The notes beneath the pieces were generated by a model. The model was given only the letters and a program-made list of their open reading frames with translations, did not search any database and was not told the DNA's origin. This document shows positions 1-9,659 of a stretch of DNA of 64,000 bases, piece by piece. The DNA is from Muribaculaceae bacterium (GTDB lineage Bacteria; Bacteroidota; Bacteroidia; Bacteroidales; Muribaculaceae), in NCBI GenBank assembly GCA_045656705.1, contig JAZORR010000013.1, positions 19,401 to 83,400 of the forward strand. The letters run 5' to 3'. The stretch's first letter is position 1. Each line of letters starts with the position of its first letter. The translations under genes were made by a program, and so were the position numbers.

Positions 1-2407
1 GAGTAGTCTTGTAAATCTTTTCACCAGCAAAGCCAGGGAAGTCGGTGTTAGACATTTCGCAATAAACATTGCCCATAGTAGTGTTGATGAAAGTAGTAAC
101 ACCATTCTTGATAGAATAGTCAACACCTTCTACGATAGTTTCGCCAGAAGCCTTCTTCCAAACGAAAGAAGTAGCATTGTTGCGGTTTAGGCTTGAAAGA
201 TCGACACCAGGGCCCTTAGTAGCAATCAAGAAATCGGCTTGAGGAGCATAGATGTAGTTTTCGTCCTTCAAGTTGCCATGAGCAGGCAAATTGGCAAGAG
301 TGAACAAGTTGTCGTTACAAGCGAAGTATTCGAGCTTGCTTTGTTCAGGCATTACTACTGAAGGAAGCTTATTGTGAGAAATATCAAGGTGCTTCAATTC
401 GTAGCAGTAAGTGAAGTCAAGTTCGTAGAACGCATTGTGTGAAAGGTCGATGTATTCAACATAGTCGCCATTGTAGAAGCTAATCATTTCGCTCAATTGG
501 TTGTGGCTCAAATCTAAGTGATGAACACAACGCATATCGTTGAGAGCAATAGTGCTGATTTGGTTGTGGCTCAAATCAATGTAAGAAAGTTCGTTCTTAG
601 AGTAAGAGTTATTATTACCGCTTAGGCTCACAGCAGAAAGGTTGTTGCCAGAAAGGTCGAGAGAACGCAAGCAACGGTTCCATACCAAGTCGATAGTGTA
701 GAAACCAGCGTTAACAAGAGCCAATTCACGCAAAGAAGGCATCTTAGTAACGTCTACGCTATACATAGGAATGTCCTTAGTAGCAATAGCCGTAACAGTA
801 ACTCCTTCAGGAGCATACAAAATCACTTGACCATAACCAGCCTTCTTACCTACAACGTTTGCAGCAGCAGGAGTAAGAGAAGTGGTAGCAGTGAAAGGCA
901 CTTGCACTTGGTCACCAAAGTCAACGAAGAATTGGATAGGATTTTGCTCGGTAGCACCTTCGATACCAACACTAAATGCAACATCATCACCTGGGTTCAA
1001 AGCAGAAGAGAAGTTGAATACATTAGTAGGCTTGCCGAATTCGGTAGCAGTCTTCACCATGAACTTAGAAGTAACAAGGTAGTTTTCGTTGAAAAGTGAG
1101 TTAGCGAAAACTACTTGAATAGAGTCGGTGTGAGTCTTCAACATCTTCAACTTACCATCGGCATAAGTGTAGTAGCTATCATCAAGAAGAGAAGAAACGC
1201 TATCGTTGTATTCAGAAATAGCATATACAGCTACGTCGGTAACAGTACCTTCACGAAGAACACGCTTGCTGAAGTCGAATTCGTGGCCTTGTGGATAAGA
1301 CTTATCCATCTTCATTGGGCGTTGGTTGTAGTAGTAAGTGTTCCAAGTACCTGGATTCACAGGCAAAGTAGCGTAATCCATGTAGTTATTGTTCAAATAC
1401 ACTTGATACAAAGTGTTCATACAGCTTGACAAGTCGATAGAAGTCAAGTAGTTGTCTTGAGCATCAAGGTATTGAAGTTTCTTGTTCTTAGAAAGATCAA
1501 GTTCAGTAAGTTTGTTACCACCACAGAATAGGTAGTAAAGGTTAGGGTTATTAGAAACATCAAGCTTTTCAAACTTATATTCGTTGTTGTAAGCACCGAT
1601 GTGAGTACAGTACAACTCTCTCAAATATTGGTTCTTACTTACGTCGATAGAAGTAACCTTAGTTTCAGAAACGTTAAGAATCAAAAGATTAGGGTTCTTA
1701 CTTACGTCTACACTTGACACATTAGTAACGTCGAGAGTAAGGCGTTGAAGGTAAGGACATCCTGTAGGGTCGATTTGAGTAAGGCTCACATTGTGGTAAC
1801 CGTCAAACGACATCATGTTAGGATAGTCTGAAAGGTTGAAGTTAGGATCCATGTGATCGATGATGCTCACTTCAAGGATATACAAATCAGGCTTGTTAGC
1901 ACCAATTACAAGAGGAGTTTCAGCAGTGAAAGTGTTGTCGCTCAAGTAAAGGGCACGAAGCTTAGTTTGCTTAGAAAGGTCGAGACGCTTCAATTCGTTG
2001 TGACTAAGGTCAAGGATATCAAGTTCCACGCCTTCACCAAATTCAATCCACTCGATATAACAACCACTTGCGTTCAAATAGTCGATTTCTGATGGATCAC
2101 CATAAATATTTACGATACCATCCTTAGAAACAGTACATTCGATATAAGTACCTGTGATGCTACCAGCACCTTCGTCGTAAGAAGCAGGCACAAGAACATA
2201 CTCAGAAGCACCAAAACCACAATCTACATCTACATAACAAGTATCCATAGAACCAAGCACAAGCGAGAACACATTACTTGCGCCATAAGTGTCGTAGATA
2301 TTTGTTTTGAAGGTGATTGCAGGCTTCATGTCGGTTTGTGCATTAGCAGCAAACGGCATAACTGCCATAATAATGGCAAGAGCCAATACATTAAAAATCT
2401 TCTTCAT
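1..2407 (-). CDS. Leucine-rich-repeat (BspA-like) secreted surface protein, 5' portion only; gene runs off the left edge
   Basis: Not in the ORF track because no stop lies in the window. The reverse complement from 2407 reads ATG AAG AAG ATT TTT AAT GTA TTG GCT = MKKIFNVLALAIIMAVMPFAANA (signal peptide). The frame stays open to base 1 (802 codons). LRR units YIDLSHNQISTI / HLDLSHNQLSEM / YIDLSHNAFYEL / HLDISHNKLPSV read from the rc of ~360-600. Confidence 0.75.
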   Translation of the reverse strand, partial: MKKIFNVLALAIIMAVMPFAANAQTDMKPAITFKTNIYDTYGASNVFSLVLGSMDTCYVDVDCGFGASEYVLVPASYDEGAGSITGTYIECTVSKDGIVNIYGDPSEIDYLNASGCYIEWIEFGEGVELDILDLSHNELKRLDLSKQTKLRALYLSDNTFTAETPLVIGANKPDLYILEVSIIDHMDPNFNLSDYPNMMSFDGYHNVSLTQIDPTGCPYLQRLTLDVTNVSSVDVSKNPNLLILNVSETKVTSIDVSKNQYLRELYCTHIGAYNNEYKFEKLDVSNNPNLYYLFCGGNKLTELDLSKNKKLQYLDAQDNYLTSIDLSSCMNTLYQVYLNNNYMDYATLPVNPGTWNTYYYNQRPMKMDKSYPQGHEFDFSKRVLREGTVTDVAVYAISEYNDSVSSLLDDSYYTYADGKLKMLKTHTDSIQVVFANSLFNENYLVTSKFMVKTATEFGKPTNVFNFSSALNPGDDVAFSVGIEGATEQNPIQFFVDFGDQVQVPFTATTSLTPAAANVVGKKAGYGQVILYAPEGVTVTAIATKDIPMYSVDVTKMPSLRELALVNAGFYTIDLVWNRCLRSLDLSGNNLSAVSLSGNNNSYSKNELSYIDLSHNQISTIALNDMRCVHHLDLSHNQLSEMISFYNGDYVEYIDLSHNAFYELDFTYCYELKHLDISHNKLPSVVMPEQSKLEYFACNDNLFTLANLPAHGNLKDENYIYAPQADFLIATKGPGVDLSSLNRNNATSFVWKKASGETIVEGVDYSIKNGVTTFINTTMGNVYCEMSNTDFPGFAGEKIYKTT

Positions 2408-2479
2408 ATTATTATTAGTAAAAAATCATTAGCCCAATAAGCCTATCAAGCTAATGATATAGTTAATTTTAGTATATTA

Positions 2480-4780
2480 TTACTTTACAGCAATTTTTTG
2501 GCTGTGAACGCCATTTACATTAAGTACATACACGCCAGCTTCAAGATTAGAAGCATCTACAGAGATTTCGTCGCCTTGAGCTTCTACAGCCTTAACCACT
2601 TGGCCTTGCATATTGTAAACCAATACATTTAGGCTTTCGGCACCACCCAAGAACACATTATAGATATTCTTACCAGAAACAGAAACCATTAGACGGTCGG
2701 CATTAGCAGCGATGTCCTTGATGCCAGAGTTGTTGGCACGGCGGATAACTTCCTTAAGACCAGCATAAGCGTCGAACTTACCAGCACCCCACTTCACAGG
2801 ATCGCCAGCGTAGCTTGTAACATATTTATCCTTAACAGCAGTAGCTTGGATAATTTCCAAAGCTTCAGTTACAGTAAGGTTAGGATTAGCTTCGAGCCAC
2901 AAAGCCATAGCACCAGTGACTACAGGAGTAGCCATAGAGGTACCAAGTTGTTGGTGCCAATAGTAAGTAGTACCGTTTTGGCTCAACTTAGCTTGAAGAG
3001 CTTCGTTAGGAAGCTTTTCGCTGTTCACATAAGAAGTGCTTACAGAAGAAATCACAGTAGAACCAGGAGCACAAATGTGAGGAAGGTTCTTACCATTGAT
3101 AGTAGTACCATAAGAAGAGTAGCTTGATACTTCACCCAAAGGATAAGAGTTTTGACCGTAAGTGTAGCTTACCTTGTCGAGTGACCACCACTTGTCGCGA
3201 GTGTTGTAAGAACCAACGATGATGATGTTGTCGCCAGTAGCAAGGTCGTTGATAGTACCATTAGTGCTACCATTGTCCCAACCAGAGAAGTTGTAGCTAT
3301 CGAAGCTTGTGTAGTAACCATCACAGAATGCATCGATGCGTTGACCTTCCTTACCATTGATTTCGAAACCAAGGATGTAGTTAGCAGTAGCATTAGAAGT
3401 AGGATTATCCCACAAGAAGTAATCGAGAAGAGTAACATAACGGCCAGTGTATTCATCGAACCAAGAACCGACACCACAATAACCCTTGAATGCTTGAGTG
3501 AAGCTCATGTGAGTGATATCACCAGATTGAGCTTGATCAGGCGATGCTACATAAGTAGGATATCCATTAGTGTTTCCTTCGATACCAAAAGAATAAGATT
3601 GCTTATTACGAGACTTGTTCCACACCTTGATGCTTGCCTTGAACTCAGTAGAGTCATTGCTATAGATGTAAACTTGACCGTAACGAAGGTTAGGATATTC
3701 TGGGAAGTAATTAGCATACATTGGGTAGATGAAAGACTTCATTGTGTTGCTGTTGTCGGCAGAAAGAGTCTTAGTGATAGCGATAGGAAGGTTACCTTCG
3801 TTACCAGCAGCCATACAGATGATAGCTTCTTCACCAGCAAGAGCCAAATATTGGTTCATCACGCCAGAACCGTCGTGAGGACCAACGTTAGTACCTACAG
3901 AAAGGTTGATAACAGCAGGCTTACCAGTCTTCCAAGAGTGGTCGAGGATACCTTCAATACCATAAGCGATAAGCATTTCGCTCAAATCACCACAAGAAGC
4001 AGCGATATCAGCTTCGTAGGCCATACCATAGTATGGGTTAGCCATTTCGCTTACATCACCCACAGCGATGTTATTGCCCTTTTGGTGAGCAGCGATAAGA
4101 TTACCCTTATAACCACCAGCCATAATACCAGTAGTGTGAGTACCGTGATATTCAACAGGATCGTCGGTAGTAAATTGATCTATTTTGCCGCTATAATTAT
4201 CTACAGTGAAGCCTTCGCTTGAGTTGTTGTCCATGTAGATGTGAGTAAGGTGTGTGAAGCGAGAAGTACCATCTTCCTTCTTGAAGTTGATGTGGTTTGG
4301 TTCGATACCACCATCCACAATACCCGCAATTACACCTTTACCAGTGTAGGCTTGAGGAAGACCTTCACCAGCGTGAATCTTAGCAGCCCCAGTGACACGG
4401 CGCACAGTGTCCATCTTAGCAGTCAATGGACGAGAAAGTTGTAGCTTATTTACAGCACGCAACGCAGAGATGCGTTCTACGTCGTTAATAGGCATAGACA
4501 CAAGAGCAATGTTGCCACGCACGCGAACTACATTTACGCCTTCAGCAGCAAGTTCGTCGGCAGAAGCACCATCGTTAAGCTTAATCAAACCAGTGATGTG
4601 ATTTGTAGGAATGCCATATTGCTTCAAAGCCTTAGCTTGAAGATTCTTTCCTGGCATTTCAATTTGTTGCATTGCTTTGTGGCGACGCAAGATAGCACGA
4701 TTATCCATGCTCAAGCTTGATTCTGCAGATATCGACATCGCAAAACCCGCCATAAGTACACTTAAAAGGATTTTTTTCAT
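2480..4780 (-). CDS. Subtilisin-family (S8) serine protease with signal peptide and T9SS C-terminal sorting domain
   Basis: 766-aa ORF. Catalytic motifs AGIVDGGIEPNH (Asp), YHGTHTTGIMAGG (His), GTSMATPVVTGAMALW (Ser). N-terminus MKKILLSVLMAGFAMSISA. C-terminus ...LNVLVYNMQGQVVKAV...GVYVLNVNGVHSQKIAVK resembles a Por/T9SS tail. Confidence 0.85.
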   Translation of the reverse strand: MKKILLSVLMAGFAMSISAESSLSMDNRAILRRHKAMQQIEMPGKNLQAKALKQYGIPTNHITGLIKLNDGASADELAAEGVNVVRVRGNIALVSMPINDVERISALRAVNKLQLSRPLTAKMDTVRRVTGAAKIHAGEGLPQAYTGKGVIAGIVDGGIEPNHINFKKEDGTSRFTHLTHIYMDNNSSEGFTVDNYSGKIDQFTTDDPVEYHGTHTTGIMAGGYKGNLIAAHQKGNNIAVGDVSEMANPYYGMAYEADIAASCGDLSEMLIAYGIEGILDHSWKTGKPAVINLSVGTNVGPHDGSGVMNQYLALAGEEAIICMAAGNEGNLPIAITKTLSADNSNTMKSFIYPMYANYFPEYPNLRYGQVYIYSNDSTEFKASIKVWNKSRNKQSYSFGIEGNTNGYPTYVASPDQAQSGDITHMSFTQAFKGYCGVGSWFDEYTGRYVTLLDYFLWDNPTSNATANYILGFEINGKEGQRIDAFCDGYYTSFDSYNFSGWDNGSTNGTINDLATGDNIIIVGSYNTRDKWWSLDKVSYTYGQNSYPLGEVSSYSSYGTTINGKNLPHICAPGSTVISSVSTSYVNSEKLPNEALQAKLSQNGTTYYWHQQLGTSMATPVVTGAMALWLEANPNLTVTEALEIIQATAVKDKYVTSYAGDPVKWGAGKFDAYAGLKEVIRRANNSGIKDIAANADRLMVSVSGKNIYNVFLGGAESLNVLVYNMQGQVVKAVEAQGDEISVDASNLEAGVYVLNVNGVHSQKIAVK

Positions 4781-4960
4781 CGTTTTTTTAAAATATGTTT
4801 AAACTGTTTCTAATTTTCATTACTAATCGGAGCAACAACTCCTTAAAGCAATTTATCTATCTACATATTGTCGGGTAACCCCCTTTATATTTCCGTAAAA
4901 ATGGAGGGAACACCGTAACGCACGATATTCCTTCCATTTAAGGGAAATTTTAGCTATAAA

Positions 4961-4990
4961 GTCCTTTAGGCCGATGATGACCTAAAGGAC
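4961..4990 (-). terminator. Hairpin downstream of the 5011..8190 gene
   Basis: gtcctttagg / cctaaaggac form a perfect 10-bp stem with a 10-nt loop, 20 nt past the stop. A T-rich run follows on both strands. Confidence 0.45.
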
Positions 4991-5010
4991 TCTCGTTTTT
5001 AAAGTATTAA

Positions 5011-8000
5011 TTAAAGAACTACCTTAGTAGCCTTGTTGCCTTGCTTCTTGATGAAGATACCCTTTTCAGGATTTTCAACCTTCACACCTTGCAAGTTGTA
5101 GTATTCAACTTCAGCTTCTTCAGCTTCTACCACTTCGATAGCAGTGCTTTCGTCAACAACGAATGCATACTTGCTTGCAGCCTTAGTAGTGAATGCTTCA
5201 GTGCGTGGAAGAGCGAAACCTCTTACAAGCTCACCTGAGTTACTTACAGCGTAGATGTTACCAGCCAAGTCCCAAGCAACGTCGTTGAAGTTTTGACCGA
5301 TACCATGGTTGATCTTAGCGATAGCAATCAAAAGAACATCACCATTTTCGTTGTGCTTGATATCGTAGATTGTGAAGTGACGATCGTTCTTAGCATATCC
5401 ACTTGATACAGCAAGTTGCTTGCCATCAGGAGATACGCGAACACCACCACCACCACGAGCAACTAAGTCTTTATATTTTTCTTCACCATTAGCATTGATG
5501 TAAACAAGACCTGGTTGAGCATCAGTTGGAGCTGCACGACCTTGGCTATACCAGATACCACCACGATCATCGTAAGATACGTTAGCACTTTGAGGAGCAA
5601 TAGTGTACTTACCTGTTAGAGCAGCGATTTGAGCAGGAACAGGAAGAGTAGCAGCAGTACCAAGAGAATATTCATCGCAGCTTACACCACTATATACAAA
5701 TGCCCAGTGGTTTGAGAAACTTGAGATAGAAAGAAGTTTCAAATCTTCGCCAGAACCCTTAACATCGAAACCAGTGTTAGCAGCACCCATATAAGCACCA
5801 TCAGTATTAGTATACTTATAAGTAGAAGCATCGAATGTCAAACCATCAAACAAAGAGTAAAGCTTATCGTTAACAGCAAGTTCTTCGAAGCTATTAGCAT
5901 ACAAGATGTAATCACCCTTATCGTTCAAACGAGTCAAGAAGATGCGACCATCTTCAGCTACGCGAACGCGGCAGAAGTCAGCAGCTTTTGTAGAACCAGC
6001 CTTTTCGTGCAATGACCAACCACCTGTGAATGCATACTTACCAGTAGCATTGTTCTTGATAGGATTGAATGCAGCGTCGAATGCATATAGACCAAGACCG
6101 CCACCATTACCACTCCAATAAGCAGAATTTGTTGTCAATTGTCCTTCAGTTACGTATACATTACCGAAAGAAGCACTTTCCATATTGTTATCAACATCAA
6201 CGCCACGTGGGTGCCAGAAGCTATAGTTACCGAAGTGCTCAATAGCAGTCTTTTCAGCACCAGCCACTTCTACAGCCCAAGTGTAAGTAGCGTAAGGAAG
6301 AGAAAGGATATCGATAGATACAGTTTGTTCGCCCTTAGCAGTAGCACCTTCAGCAGTAGCCACTTCTTCGCCAGCTTCGTTAAGAACCTTAACAGTAACA
6401 GCAGTAGCGTCAGCGTTCAAAGAGAAAGTAGCGTTCAACTTACCTTCTACCACTTCGCTCTTAAGAGCATAAGCGTATGGGTTAGCAGTACCTGCAGCAG
6501 GAGTGTAAACAGTAGTAGCAGGAGCCACGATTACAGTAGTGTTAGCGTCTACAGCAAATTCGCCAGTAGTAGCCTTACCATTTACATAAACAACACCAGT
6601 AGTTTCAACAGCTACCATAGTACCAGCAGCCACCTTAACAGCTTCAGCCAAATTAGCATATTCCTTACCTGCGATCTTAACAACAGTAGCATCAGCAATA
6701 GAAGCAGAGATGTCGAATGTTACGTTCACACCTGGATCATTGTTCATGTATACGTTGATAACATCACCATTAGCAAGAGTCCAAGTAGAGCTTGAATAGT
6801 TGGTTACATATACACCATTGTGGTAGATACCCATTGGAGCATTGTAATCAGTGGTCATAACATACATACGGAAGTTGTTTTCACCTTCATTGAACTTGAT
6901 GATGTTTTCGCCTTGAGTTAGGTAAACTGATTCGTAGTTGTGAAGGTAAGTAATTGAGCTATAGTTATAGCAAGGTTCGTCGATGATAACCTTAGCAGAG
7001 TAATCGTAAACGATTTCGTGAGCAGTGATCACGATCTTAGTGTCGTCAGCATTTAGGTAGATATTAGTACCATAAGGATCGTCATAACCATAGCTGCTTG
7101 CTTCTACACCATTTACCAATACTGAAGTGATCTTGCAACCTGCAGCCTTCTTCACCTTGATAGAAGCAGCCATTTCGCTCACTTCGATAGCGTTGTCACC
7201 AGCAACCAATGCGATAGGTTGACCATAGTAGTCAGAAACTTCTACACATTGTGGATTGTCGATAGTGATAGTAGCCTTCAAAGTACCATACTTGTGAGCA
7301 TCAAGATAGATATTAGCAGCTTCTTTCACTACGAAAGAGTATTCAGAAGAAGAAGAATAGTAATCATCTGGAGTAGTGCCGTTGATAGTGAATGCGTTGA
7401 TAGCATAGTTCATATTGTCAAGCACCAAAGTAACTTGCTTACCCATCTTCACTGTGATATTGCCTTCAGCATCAAGAGCAGCTTCGTTGCCATCAACAAG
7501 AATGCCAGTCAAAGCACCCTTAGCTTCTTCGCTTGCGAATGCTACATTAAGAGCAACGTCAACATCAGGATATTCAGTTTGGATATCAACCACGCTACCG
7601 TCGTTAACATAAAGATACCAAGTACCCCAGCTTTCAGCAACATCAACACCGTCAACAGCCACCTTATAATAAGTAACACCATAAGGAGCGCTTAGAACAA
7701 GTGGAGATTCCACTTCAGGAATGAACTTCACAGTATTAGCACCGTTTACAAGTTCGATTCTTTCGTAAGTAGAGCTTGTTTCAAGACCACCAATCTTTTC
7801 TACATTGTCAACGTTTACAGTACAAGAAGCTGTGCGAGAGTCAGCAAGAGATACTGAAGTTACAAAGTACTTCATTGAATAAGATTCGTCAGATGGGTAT
7901 TCATACAAGTAGTATGTACCATCCCAAGTGCTCGATGGAGTACCAGCTGCATTTGTAACCGACTTAATCAACGCACCAGTCTTAGGCGCAATATACACTG

Positions 8001-8190
8001 TGGTAGACTTGCCCACTTCCAATTCGAAAGTGTTGTCACCAGCAACAAGAGTTTGTTCTGACCAGTTCACTTGTACCATGACGCGTGAAGGGTCATCTAC
8101 ATTAATCGTAACAGAAGCAGCCTTTGCTGCAAATGACATTACTAATGCCATCACTGCTACCATGAAAATAGAGTACAGTTTTTTCATCAT
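5011..8190 (-). CDS. Large secreted surface protein: N-terminal repeated Ig-like modules, propeller-like C-terminal half, T9SS C-terminal sorting domain
   Basis: 1059-aa ORF. Signal peptide MMKKLYSIFMVAVMALVMSFAAKA. Recurring module starts (VTINVDDPSRV, ATITIDNPQCVEV, AKVIIDEPCYNY). C-terminal half has propeller-like strings (VRVSPDGKQLAVSS, WDLAGNIYAVSNSGELV). Tail VEYYNLQGVKVENPEKGIFIKKQGNKATKVVL is T9SS-like. Confidence 0.6.
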   Translation of the reverse strand: MMKKLYSIFMVAVMALVMSFAAKAASVTINVDDPSRVMVQVNWSEQTLVAGDNTFELEVGKSTTVYIAPKTGALIKSVTNAAGTPSSTWDGTYYLYEYPSDESYSMKYFVTSVSLADSRTASCTVNVDNVEKIGGLETSSTYERIELVNGANTVKFIPEVESPLVLSAPYGVTYYKVAVDGVDVAESWGTWYLYVNDGSVVDIQTEYPDVDVALNVAFASEEAKGALTGILVDGNEAALDAEGNITVKMGKQVTLVLDNMNYAINAFTINGTTPDDYYSSSSEYSFVVKEAANIYLDAHKYGTLKATITIDNPQCVEVSDYYGQPIALVAGDNAIEVSEMAASIKVKKAAGCKITSVLVNGVEASSYGYDDPYGTNIYLNADDTKIVITAHEIVYDYSAKVIIDEPCYNYSSITYLHNYESVYLTQGENIIKFNEGENNFRMYVMTTDYNAPMGIYHNGVYVTNYSSSTWTLANGDVINVYMNNDPGVNVTFDISASIADATVVKIAGKEYANLAEAVKVAAGTMVAVETTGVVYVNGKATTGEFAVDANTTVIVAPATTVYTPAAGTANPYAYALKSEVVEGKLNATFSLNADATAVTVKVLNEAGEEVATAEGATAKGEQTVSIDILSLPYATYTWAVEVAGAEKTAIEHFGNYSFWHPRGVDVDNNMESASFGNVYVTEGQLTTNSAYWSGNGGGLGLYAFDAAFNPIKNNATGKYAFTGGWSLHEKAGSTKAADFCRVRVAEDGRIFLTRLNDKGDYILYANSFEELAVNDKLYSLFDGLTFDASTYKYTNTDGAYMGAANTGFDVKGSGEDLKLLSISSFSNHWAFVYSGVSCDEYSLGTAATLPVPAQIAALTGKYTIAPQSANVSYDDRGGIWYSQGRAAPTDAQPGLVYINANGEEKYKDLVARGGGGVRVSPDGKQLAVSSGYAKNDRHFTIYDIKHNENGDVLLIAIAKINHGIGQNFNDVAWDLAGNIYAVSNSGELVRGFALPRTEAFTTKAASKYAFVVDESTAIEVVEAEEAEVEYYNLQGVKVENPEKGIFIKKQGNKATKVVL

Positions 8191-8493
8191 TTATATTATT
8201 TAAAAGTTAAAAAAATATCCGATAATATCTCTGCTTATGATTTTTGGCACTAATCAAATGATAATCACATCCGTATAGTTACGAAAAATCACGCAAATAT
8301 ACAAGAAAAATATAATACTATAATAATATTCATAAAAGTTTTTAGCAAAAAAGATGCTTTTTTCTTTGATTCTCTCTTTTTTGAGGTAGTTTAGCGACAA
8401 TTTATAAGTAAATACAACTTCATAGGGGTGTATAAATTACATTCTTTTGAGAGCTATGTGAAATGTTAATTTTGTCATCTCACGATAATTTAT

Positions 8494-8501
8494 TACTTTT
8501 G
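8494..8501 (+). promoter_or_regulatory. Bacteroidetes -7 box (TAnnTTTG) upstream of the EEP gene
   Basis: TACTTTTG lies 30 nt upstream of ATG 8531. A second match, TAATTTTG, is at 8467-8474. Confidence 0.4.
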
Positions 8502-8530
8502 ACACAAAATACTATTATCACTTATTATTT

Positions 8531-9574
8531 ATGAAAAAATTTAACATTATTGCGATTTTAGCTTTCATCCTTTTAGGACTGACAGCGAATGCTCAACAAA
8601 AAAAGTATCAAGTGTATGGAGCGGCTTTCTACAACCTTGAAAACCTCTTCGATACTATCAACAATAATGGCAAGTATGACCTTGAGTTCTCACCTGCAGG
8701 TGCTCGCCAATGGAATGCCGAGAAATATTGGGCAAAAATGGAGAATATGGCAAAGGCAATCAGCCATTTCACTACTCAAGCCACACCTAAAGGCCCTGCC
8801 GTGATAGGTGTGAGCGAAATAGAGAATATCACCGTGCTCGAAGACTTGGTGAAGCATCCTCTACTTAAAGATTGGAAACTACAAATCGTGCATCACGATA
8901 GTCCCGACCGAAGAGGTGTGGATGTGGCTATGCTTTACAATCCTCGCTTCTTTAAGGTGCTAAATGTGACTAATGCCACTGTGAAGGTGGAAGGAAAGGA
9001 TTACTTCCGCACTCGCGACCAGATGTGTGTGACCGGACTTATGGGTGGCGACAAGGTGAGTGTAATCATCAACCACTGGCCATCGCGTAGTGGTGGCGAA
9101 GAGGGCTCACGACCATTGCGTGCAGCAGCTGCTCATAGAGTGAAACTCACTGTGGATTCACTTCTTAACGACGATCCTAATCAAGGTATCATCATCATGG
9201 GCGACCTCAACGACGACCCATTCAACGAAAGTGTGGCTAAGGTGCTTGGAGCAAAGAAGAACAAGAAAAAGGTGGGCAAGGGCGAACTTTACAATCCTTG
9301 CTGGAATATGCTCGACAAAGGTATCGGTTCGCTTGCTTACAAAGGAAACTGGAACTTCTTCGACCAAATCATCATTTCAGATTATTTCTTAGATGATAAA
9401 GACTCTGGAAAACTATCTTATTTCAAGACAAGTGTGCTAAACTTTGATTTCCTTATCAATCAAAGTGGACAATATAAGGGCTATCCTCACCGCACATTCT
9501 CGGGTGGTGCATTCCTCAACGGATATAGCGACCACTTCCCTGTAGAATCATACTTCGTGAAGAAGGTGAAATAA
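8531..9574 (+). CDS. Secreted endonuclease/exonuclease/phosphatase (EEP) family protein
   Basis: 347 aa. Signal peptide MKKFNIIAILAFILLGLTANAQQ. EEP-type motifs VSEIEN, INHWPSRSGG, IMGDLNDDP, YSDHFPV. Confidence 0.75.
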   Translation: MKKFNIIAILAFILLGLTANAQQKKYQVYGAAFYNLENLFDTINNNGKYDLEFSPAGARQWNAEKYWAKMENMAKAISHFTTQATPKGPAVIGVSEIENITVLEDLVKHPLLKDWKLQIVHHDSPDRRGVDVAMLYNPRFFKVLNVTNATVKVEGKDYFRTRDQMCVTGLMGGDKVSVIINHWPSRSGGEEGSRPLRAAAAHRVKLTVDSLLNDDPNQGIIIMGDLNDDPFNESVAKVLGAKKNKKKVGKGELYNPCWNMLDKGIGSLAYKGNWNFFDQIIISDYFLDDKDSGKLSYFKTSVLNFDFLINQSGQYKGYPHRTFSGGAFLNGYSDHFPVESYFVKKVK

Positions 9575-9659
9575 TAGGTGAGATAAATATATAAATAAAA
9601 ACCGCTTGATTTACATTGATTTGTAGTATCAAGCGGTTTCTTGTTTGTATGCGTGGAGA

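Noticed and set aside
3341-4222. 293-aa plus-strand ORF antisense to the S8 protease gene. Similar long antisense ORFs occur at 6139..6795, 7219..7695, 28238..29038, 34128..34868, 35681..36307, 38667..39473, 43918..45162 and 47122..47652.
   Set aside because: Each lies entirely inside a well-supported gene on the other strand. They have Ser/Ile/His/Val-rich low-information sequence, no motifs, and no promoter or start-site context. They are typical shadow ORFs.
8390-8397. Extra copies of the TTAGCGA core at 8390 (upstream of the 1059-aa cargo/EEP genes) and 26144 (upstream of SusC), as evidence for a shared regulon with the 29.6-kb repeats.
   Set aside because: A 7-mer is expected several times by chance in 64 kb on two strands. 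Only the phased 12-18-mers at 29.6 kb are statistically meaningful.
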